Source: Octopus sinensis
Lineage: Eukaryota
Assembly: GCF_006345805.1 (NCBI RefSeq)
Contig: NC_043004.1
Location: 81,530,001-81,594,000, forward strand
Direction: 5' to 3'
Length of the DNA stretch: 64,000 bases
The notes beneath the pieces are model-generated. The model was given only the letters and a program-made list of their open reading frames with translations. It did no database searches and was not told where the DNA came from. The position numbers and the translations under genes were made by a program. This document shows positions 58,761-64,000 of this stretch, piece by piece (position 1 is the stretch's first letter; every line of letters begins with the position of its first letter).

Positions 58761-61700
58761 AAGAAAGAAAGAAAGAAAGAAAGAAAATTCTTTCATTTAC
58801 CTTCTGGCTGAAAACCAAAATCATATCAATAGGATTTGGCAAGGTGCTTTTAGGAAGAGCGTAACCAATTTTGTAACCAAGGCTGTTCATTGCTTTGTCA
58901 ATACTGAAGAAGAAAAAAGAAAATGATTAAAACTAATTACAAAACAACAAATACTAGATGAAAATAGATGTTAATTGGATTAATTGTTCGTTAACCCTTT
59001 TGCATTCAGATTACTTTGTCAAACGTAATGCTTATTTATCCACTTTGTTTTGAATTAATCATGGATTACTTCATAGCTTCGAGATTTTGATGATGTGATT
59101 GTTTTGTTTTCAGCATGACACTGTAGAGTAGGTGTTTGTGTGTGGAGTGGGGCATTAGTAGAAGGCACTTGCCCCAGGGTACAATGAGTGGGATTGAACC
59201 TGAAGCAATGTGGTTAGGAAGTGAACATCTTAACCACACAGCATTGCCTGTACATAAAGTCACTTTAATATATCTTCAATTTCTGAAGGTATCCAAAACT
59301 AATTTGGAGGCAAAAAAAAAAGAGAAAAATAGATAATGTGTCTCATTAAAAGAAATGGTTAATTAATCTGCTAGTGTTCCTAATCCACTAGACAAAAACA
59401 GATTTTGAAAAAAAGACAAAGAAAGGAAATGAAGGTACAAGTTTTATAAGAGCAGGAGTGGCTGTGTGGTAAGAAACTTGCTTCACAACCACAAGGTTCT
59501 GGGTTCAGTCCCATTGCATGGCACCTTGGGCAAGTGTCTTCTACTTATAGCTTCAGGTCTTGGTAGGCAGAAATTGAAAGAAACCCATTGTATATATATA
59601 TACATGCACGTGCGTGTGTATATGTATGTGCATATGCATATGTGTGTGTATACATATGCATGTGTGTGTGCTTGTGTGTCTTTGTTTGCCCCCATCACCA
59701 ACTGACAACCAGTGTTGGTGTGTTTATGCCCCCATAACTTAGCAGTTTGGCAAAGAAAGACTGATAGAATAAATGTTAGGTTTTAAAAAATAAAAGTACT
59801 GGCATCAATTCATTCGACTAAAATCATCCATGGTGGTGCTCCAGCATGGCCACAGTCTAATGACTGAAACAAGTAAAAGCTAGAAGATAAATCCGAAGGA
59901 AAAATCAGTAAATATGTACGAAGTTACTGTTGATACGTACTTGGTTAGCAGAAGAGAGAGGAAGATCAGAAGGGTTAACAGGAGGCAGAAAACACCCACA
60001 AAGATCTCGAAGGGTCGAAAAACAAGGAGGCATTTTCTCAGGCAGCTGTTCTGTTCTTCGGCCAAGTGTCGCTCTTGTCGCTCCAGAAACCGACGATTCT
60101 CCTCCAGTTCAGATATTCGAGCTTGGTCACGAGAGGATATTGACCTTCGACCTGTATACTGAGGCGGCGGAAGACAGAGAGAGAATGAGTGAAAAGAATG
60201 GGAGAGCTTTGAGAGAGGGAGGTGGAGAGAGAGAGAGTGAGAGGGCAAAGATATCAAAGAGAAGGTTTTATTACAAAAGAAACAAGAATTTATTATACAA
60301 AGTGGAGCATGCACATTAACCCGTCAGCATCCACATTGTCTTGAATTAATCAGGTATTATCTTGTAGCTTTGAGACTTCGATGGTGTGATTGTGTGTTTT
60401 TGGAATGACATTGTAGGGTAGGTGTGAGAGGCTGAATCTGGCCAGTTTGAACATAAAACAAGTAGAATATTTTGGCCAGATATGGCTGGTTTAAATGCTA
60501 AACAGTTAAGTTAATTACCATATGAAAAGTATAAGGGTATTAAAGATCACAGGGAGTGTAAGGCGGGTCTACAGTTATGAAATCTCAGGTCAAGGGTTTT
60601 AGTGCATAAATATCAAGGGTGGTAGCAGAGGGGATCCGAGGAAGGTGGAAGTGCTATCACAAAGAGAGCAGTGGGGGAAAGTAGAGGGGGTAGAATTTTG
60701 ATGCAGGGAGTGTGAAGGAAAAGTTATTAAAGACAGATCTCATGCGTAAAGATGGAGGTCAAGTTATCAGACAGCAGCTGTTGTTGTTGCTTAGCCACAG
60801 GTGAGCCCTGATCAGCTAAGCCCTATAATTAAAGACACCCCATCTGTGACCAAACCGTCTTTTTCTTTGTAACAAACGTAATGTAGAAAGGATCAAGGAT
60901 GACATTTGACCAATGTGTCCTTCCATCATTTTTTAAAAAGTAAAACAGTAGAATGTGACATGATGGATATCCAGCTGCTATTTCTAACACATCAAGGAAC
61001 CCTTGTTGGCATGAGCATAGGAACCATGGTGTAGATGTGGTGAATAATCTATCACATGGGTCTAAAATCTACAGAGATTATCAGAGAGATTAGAAGAAGA
61101 AAAATAGTGAAACCAAAAGTCTAAATACTCACTTTGCTTTTGATGGCATCAATATTTTTGGTCGTGACACTTCTGATCTGTTCTGCTGCAAGACGGTCCT
61201 TGCCAATATTACGGTAACCTTTTATCAACCGGACTGGCATGGCAGACATACCATAAGCCTATAAAAATAACAAACAGATAAAACAACAACATAATGACTT
61301 CTTGTACTTGTCTATATTTTACTTTACAGCATCGGATTTCTGTAAGCAATAACATAACAGGTTGATAGGTTTTTCAACAGATCATTCACTGGTTAACTGC
61401 TTTTTTTGCTGGCAAGAATGCCAAGAGTATCCATGTAAGCTGAGTTGAAATCACCAACATTTTCCTATGGACAAGAGAGTGTCCGTGTTAAGTTGAGCTA
61501 AAATCATCATCATCATCATTTTACGTTCGTTTTCCATGCTAGCATGGGTTGGACGGTTCAACTGGGGTCTGGCAAGCCAGAAGGCTGCACTAGGCCCAGT
61601 CTGATCTTGCAGTGTTTCTACAGCTGGATGCCCTTCATAACACCAACCACTGCGTGAGTATAGTGGGTGCTTTTTATGTGTCACTGGCACAGGTGCCAGA

Positions 61701-63439
61701 CGAGGCTGGCAATGGCCACGATCGGATGGTGCTTTTTACGTGCCACCGGCACAGAGGCCAGTCAGGGCGGATACCTATTCTGGTGTCATGCAAAGAGCAC
61801 CCATTCTGGTGCCATGTGGTAAGCACCCGTTCTAGCACCACATAAAAAGCACCTGTTCAGGCCCTACATGAATAGCACTGGTGCTGACACCATGTAAAAA
61901 GCACCATTCTGGCACCACAAAAAAAACAAAACACTATTGCCGGTGCTACGTTCAAAGTACTGGTGTTGGCACCATATAAAAAGCACCCGTGCTGGCGACA
62001 CATAAAAACATCCAGCACACTTTGTAAAGTGGTTGGCATCAGGAAAGACATCCATGCCAAAACAGACAACTGGAGACTGGTGCAGTTCTCTGGCTTGCGA
62101 ACTCCTGTTAAACAGCCCAACCCATGCCAGCAAGGAAAATGGATGTTAAACGATGATAATGATGACAATGATTCCAGTCCATGGTTATTCAGACAATTAA
62201 CAATTCCAGGGCAGATGATACATGTTCAGTTATGATGCACCTCTGTCAGTCTACAAGAGATCCCTCTACACTACACATACTCAACTCGGCTTCCATCAAC
62301 TATTCAACCAAGGAGGTCTTTGCCCTCATTATTTCTCAATAACAAACAAGGCAAATTCTCAGATGCTGTGAGGTGTCATTTGACTTTGTATTAACTAGTA
62401 ACTTAAGCTCTGTTCACTTTTAGCTCTCTCTGACCCAGGCCCCTTTGTCTATGTTTACCCTCCATTGAGTTCATTATCAAAAAAATAAATAGTTGCATAC
62501 ACAAGAGCAATGATTGTAGGCAAACTAAAAGACAGAATTCCCCCCCAAAATTCAAGAGAATAACAATAAAAGGCCTAGCTCTCAACCACCATATTTGTTC
62601 ACCTGAATCACTACTTTCCTCATTATTTTCACCTGCTCCATAGTCCAAATACTCTCATTGTCCGTGTAAGAACAAATTCTTCTGTGACCCAACTTTTTGT
62701 CAGTCACTTCGTCCATGGCTTTTGGTCCATCTTTTTGTCTGATGATTTTTTTTGTCCAATTTTAGAGATTACATTTAGGCTATTCCTGCTAGCACAATAG
62801 GGTTAACCGTTTTCAACCTTAACCTGTTCTTTTGAGTTTCAGAAAGACTTCTTCAGTTCTTCAAAAGATTCTGCAATGGGTAGTCACTAGCACTGATGAA
62901 CTTTAGTTTAGTGTATATAGTGCTTGAGTACATCACAGCTTGCTGGAAAACGGATAAAAAAGGGGACAGAATGTGAGTGTGTGCATGTTTGTCTCCCTGT
63001 CTTGAGACTGTGTGATTGCTGGAAATGAATTTCATTTATTTGCAATATTCTGTGAAAAGATGTTTGGCCATGGGGAGATATTGCTTTGCTTGGAAACAGG
63101 TGAGGGTTATTGACAGGAACAGCATCCAGCCATAAAACAAAATCTGTTTCAACAAACTCCATCTGACCCATGCAAGCATGGATAAGTGAACATTAAATAA
63201 TGATGACAATGAGTATTATTATCAATAACAGTAAATTCAAATAATGTTGGCTTTGGTTTCCTACCTTTAATGCAAAAGAGTTGTAGTGAAGAGAGCAGAT
63301 GTACAGTTGCTGAGAGAGAGAGAGAGGGAGAAGGAAGTGGAAGGTGAAAAAAGAAAAAAACTTACTGTATAGGTGATGATAGCCAACATTCCCAACAGAC
63401 TTAAACTACTGATTAAAAAGGAGAGAGCATCTTCTCCAC
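45419..63439 (-). CDS. LMBRD1: Lysosomal cobalamin transport escort protein LMBD1, 5'-partial spliced gene
   Basis: Join complement 63366-63439, 61133-61258, 59941-60158, 58801-58903, 57112-57216, 56827-56970, 50887-50962, 48243-48346, 45419-45532; all phases compatible. It follows LMBD1 order: ALSFLISSLSLLGMLAIITYT-AYGMSA-P, YPLDY, GIRNLGIWFF-R-LYKIR-RT-PQ, C-MTR-WFFGAAYY, acidic tail. Confidence 0.94.
46345..46745 (+). mobile_element. RTE 3'-UTR-derived copy
   Basis: Subrepeats plus tail. Confidence 0.8.
48243..48346 (-). CDS. LMBRD1: LMBRD1 exon (D-LCIMTRLAVLLTKFFYTMWFFGAAYYWFSWVFLA)
   Basis: attgcag/gtaagt, 104 nt. Confidence 0.92.
48531..48835 (-). mobile_element. Young intact tRNA-derived SINE (family C) with perfect 14-bp TSD
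   Basis: A box TGGCCTAGTGG, B box GGTTCGAATC, (AAC)n tail; CAGGTAAACTAATG at 48517-48530 and 48836-48849. Confidence 0.92.
49435..50125 (-). mobile_element. RTE 3' fragment with 64-nt tandem subrepeats
   Basis: Three copies of tatgtg(c/t)caccg(a/g)cacaggtg(t/c)caga(c/g)gaggctggc..acgctcg. Confidence 0.85.
50470..50830 (+). mobile_element. SINE family A, full copy
   Basis: Head, (TG)n, tail ggtggtgccccagcatggccacagtc. Confidence 0.8.
50887..50962 (-). CDS. LMBRD1: LMBRD1 exon (NTTYVPAGNSSSTPPVMSCNVAAPE)
   Basis: tctctcag/gtaggt, 76 nt; lumenal loop with N-x-T/S sites and C-x-x-x-APE. Confidence 0.82.
51100..51770 (+). mobile_element. Penelope-like element remnant (GIY-YIG endonuclease C-half + 3' region)
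   Basis: YYIITGQTGISLCRRTTLYKEQIR..VSEHI..NFLIFPFY..NKEAIFINKYLPQLN resembles the YIGQT..R..H..E..I...P.LN pattern. Confidence 0.6.
51790..52690 (+). mobile_element. CR1-like LINE 3' fragment
   Basis: MQFNAGKFQ..VRDLGI..HI..RRLAGWILRTFRTR..SQLWSPH..SYWERLK..SLGFRGPQLF..FKTKLDLFL..VPDEP with frameshifts. Confidence 0.82.
52700..52860 (+). repeat. Family H copy with best-preserved hammerhead-like fold (52730-52765)
   Basis: cttt-CTGTAGA-a-GAGC-gtag-GCTC-GAA-ACGT-A-aaag; flanked by (TA)n. Confidence 0.7.
53163..56708 (-). mobile_element. 5'-truncated RTE-clade LINE (APE + RT with inserted PHD-type finger + 3'UTR + (GAT)n), frameshifted
   Basis: APE: YAPQ, AGDFNGHVG, QIDYIL, QHRLV. RT: KAPGPSGI, NYRGIKLL, QFGF, GVHQGSVLSPLLF, YADD (54758-69), FRYLG. 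C-terminal [10 protein letters not shown]; stop at about 53817. (TA)n on both sides. Confidence 0.95.
56827..56970 (-). CDS. LMBRD1: LMBRD1 exon (LYKIRPYRTTPQGMLMMNMILMLIVLSINIILFELTPQYSSFGSEVYV)
   Basis: gtgcag/gtgagt, 144 nt. Confidence 0.93.
57112..57216 (-). CDS. LMBRD1: LMBRD1 exon (VYPLDYIIILLIIIYLVFCSISGIRNLGIWFFCVR)
   Basis: tttacag/gtaagt, 105 nt. Confidence 0.93.
57740..58090 (-). mobile_element. RTE 3'-UTR-derived copy
   Basis: Common tail plus subrepeats. Confidence 0.8.
58660..58786. repeat. (GAAA/GGAA)n tract next to an LMBRD1 donor site
   Basis: Read directly. Confidence 0.9.
58801..58903 (-). CDS. LMBRD1: LMBRD1 exon (N-IDKAMNSLGYKIGYALPKSTLPNPIDMILVFSQK)
   Basis: cttcag/gtaaat, 103 nt. 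Confidence 0.9.
59451..59880 (+). mobile_element. SINE family A, full copy
   Basis: Head, (TG/TA)n, tail. Confidence 0.85.
59941..60158 (-). CDS. LMBRD1: LMBRD1 exon (YTGRRSISSRDQARISELEE...RPFEIFVGVFCLLLTLLIFLSLLLT)
   Basis: cctcag/gtacgt, 218 nt. Confidence 0.92.
60320..60505. mobile_element. piggyBac-type MITE (a second, SINE-interrupted copy starts at 58995)
   Basis: TTAA at 60316-19 and 60506-09; ccc..agcat / atgctaaa termini; body shared with 58995-59135. Confidence 0.6.
61133..61258 (-). CDS. LMBRD1: LMBRD1 exon (AYGMSAMPVRLIKGYRNIGKDRLAAEQIRSVTTKNIDAIKSK)
   Basis: ttatag/gtgagt, 126 nt. Confidence 0.92.
61502..62170. mobile_element. Two RTE 3'-UTR copies head-to-head (61502-61770 minus, about 61780-62170 plus)
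   Basis: (ATC)n and (GAT)n tails at the outer ends; degenerate aaaaagcacc repeats between. Confidence 0.75.
63366..63439 (-). CDS. LMBRD1: LMBRD1 exon (-GEDALSFLISSLSLLGMLAIITYT)
   Basis: tttcag/gtaagt, 74 nt. Confidence 0.9.
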
Positions 63440-64000
63440 CTGAAATGAAAGAATAAAACAAAAAAAAAATGAAGCAGAAAGGGAGGAAAGGCGCATGTAT
63501 GTATATATATATATATATCTATATCTTTTAAATTTGTTTAGGTAATGTTAGGGGTAGGCAAATAAGGCCCCTATTTCATTATGTTGACTACCGTTTAATA
63601 ATGCTGACTTGTACACCAGACACATGCATCACAATATTGCAATATTCTGTGAAAAGATGTCTGGCCATGGGGAGATACTGCTTTGCTTGGAAACAGCACA
63701 CCAGACACATGCATCACAAGCACATGTGTGCGTTACAGTGATCTCATATCAAGATAAACAGTGCATGACCTTGCAGGTGGGGCTCAGAATTTTCTTCAGG
63801 TCAAGTAGCCCATCCCGCTCAAAAGGTCTGTGGATAATGGTTGTTTAAGGATGTTGAACAAAACACCCATGTTTCAAGAGGTGAATTAGTCAGATTTTCA
63901 GGATGCACGTTTCCACAGATCAGATGATTTTGACATCAGAGTCGGTATCCTTGGCGGTTAATACACTACAGTCCATATTATACATGGCCATCATCACTGA

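Noticed and set aside
60540-60780. Possible coding sequence on the minus strand
   Set aside because: Multiple stops; looks like an old LINE remnant too decayed to classify.

Overview
AT-rich eukaryotic genomic DNA with spliceosomal GT-AG introns. The SINE/LINE/microsatellite content suggests a coleoid cephalopod such as Octopus (inference). Three protein-coding genes were rebuilt exon by exon with consistent splice phases. (1) ENOSF1, L-fuconate dehydratase/rTS-beta family (+ strand, 13 exons 372-29079, 5' end outside the window). (2) CLPP, mitochondrial Clp protease subunit (- strand, 5 firm exons 35938-30810 plus a tentative first exon), convergent with ENOSF1. (3) LMBRD1, lysosomal cobalamin escort LMBD1 (- strand, 9 exons 63439-45419, 5' end outside the window). 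The rest is mostly mobile or repetitive DNA: a 9.7-kb 30/31/41-nt minisatellite in one ENOSF1 intron, a 3.5-kb RTE LINE with a PHD-type finger inside its RT, about 25 copies of RTE 3' ends, R4/Dong-like pieces in (TAA)n, CR1-like and Penelope fragments, three mariners, piggyBac-type MITEs, three tRNA-derived SINE families and several long near-perfect hairpins. Best leads: a dispersed repeat family carrying a minimal hammerhead-ribozyme fold with a recurrent non-canonical core (CUGU(A/C)GA); the GT-poor, YCAY- and branch-point-rich intronic satellite; an Arg-to-Ser change at the ClpP oligomerisation sensor; an apparent swap of sorting signals in LMBD1; and a stop-free frame from an LMBRD1 exon into a LINE endonuclease. 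No CRISPR, rRNA or true tRNA gene was found. All comparisons are from recalled family knowledge; no database search was run.
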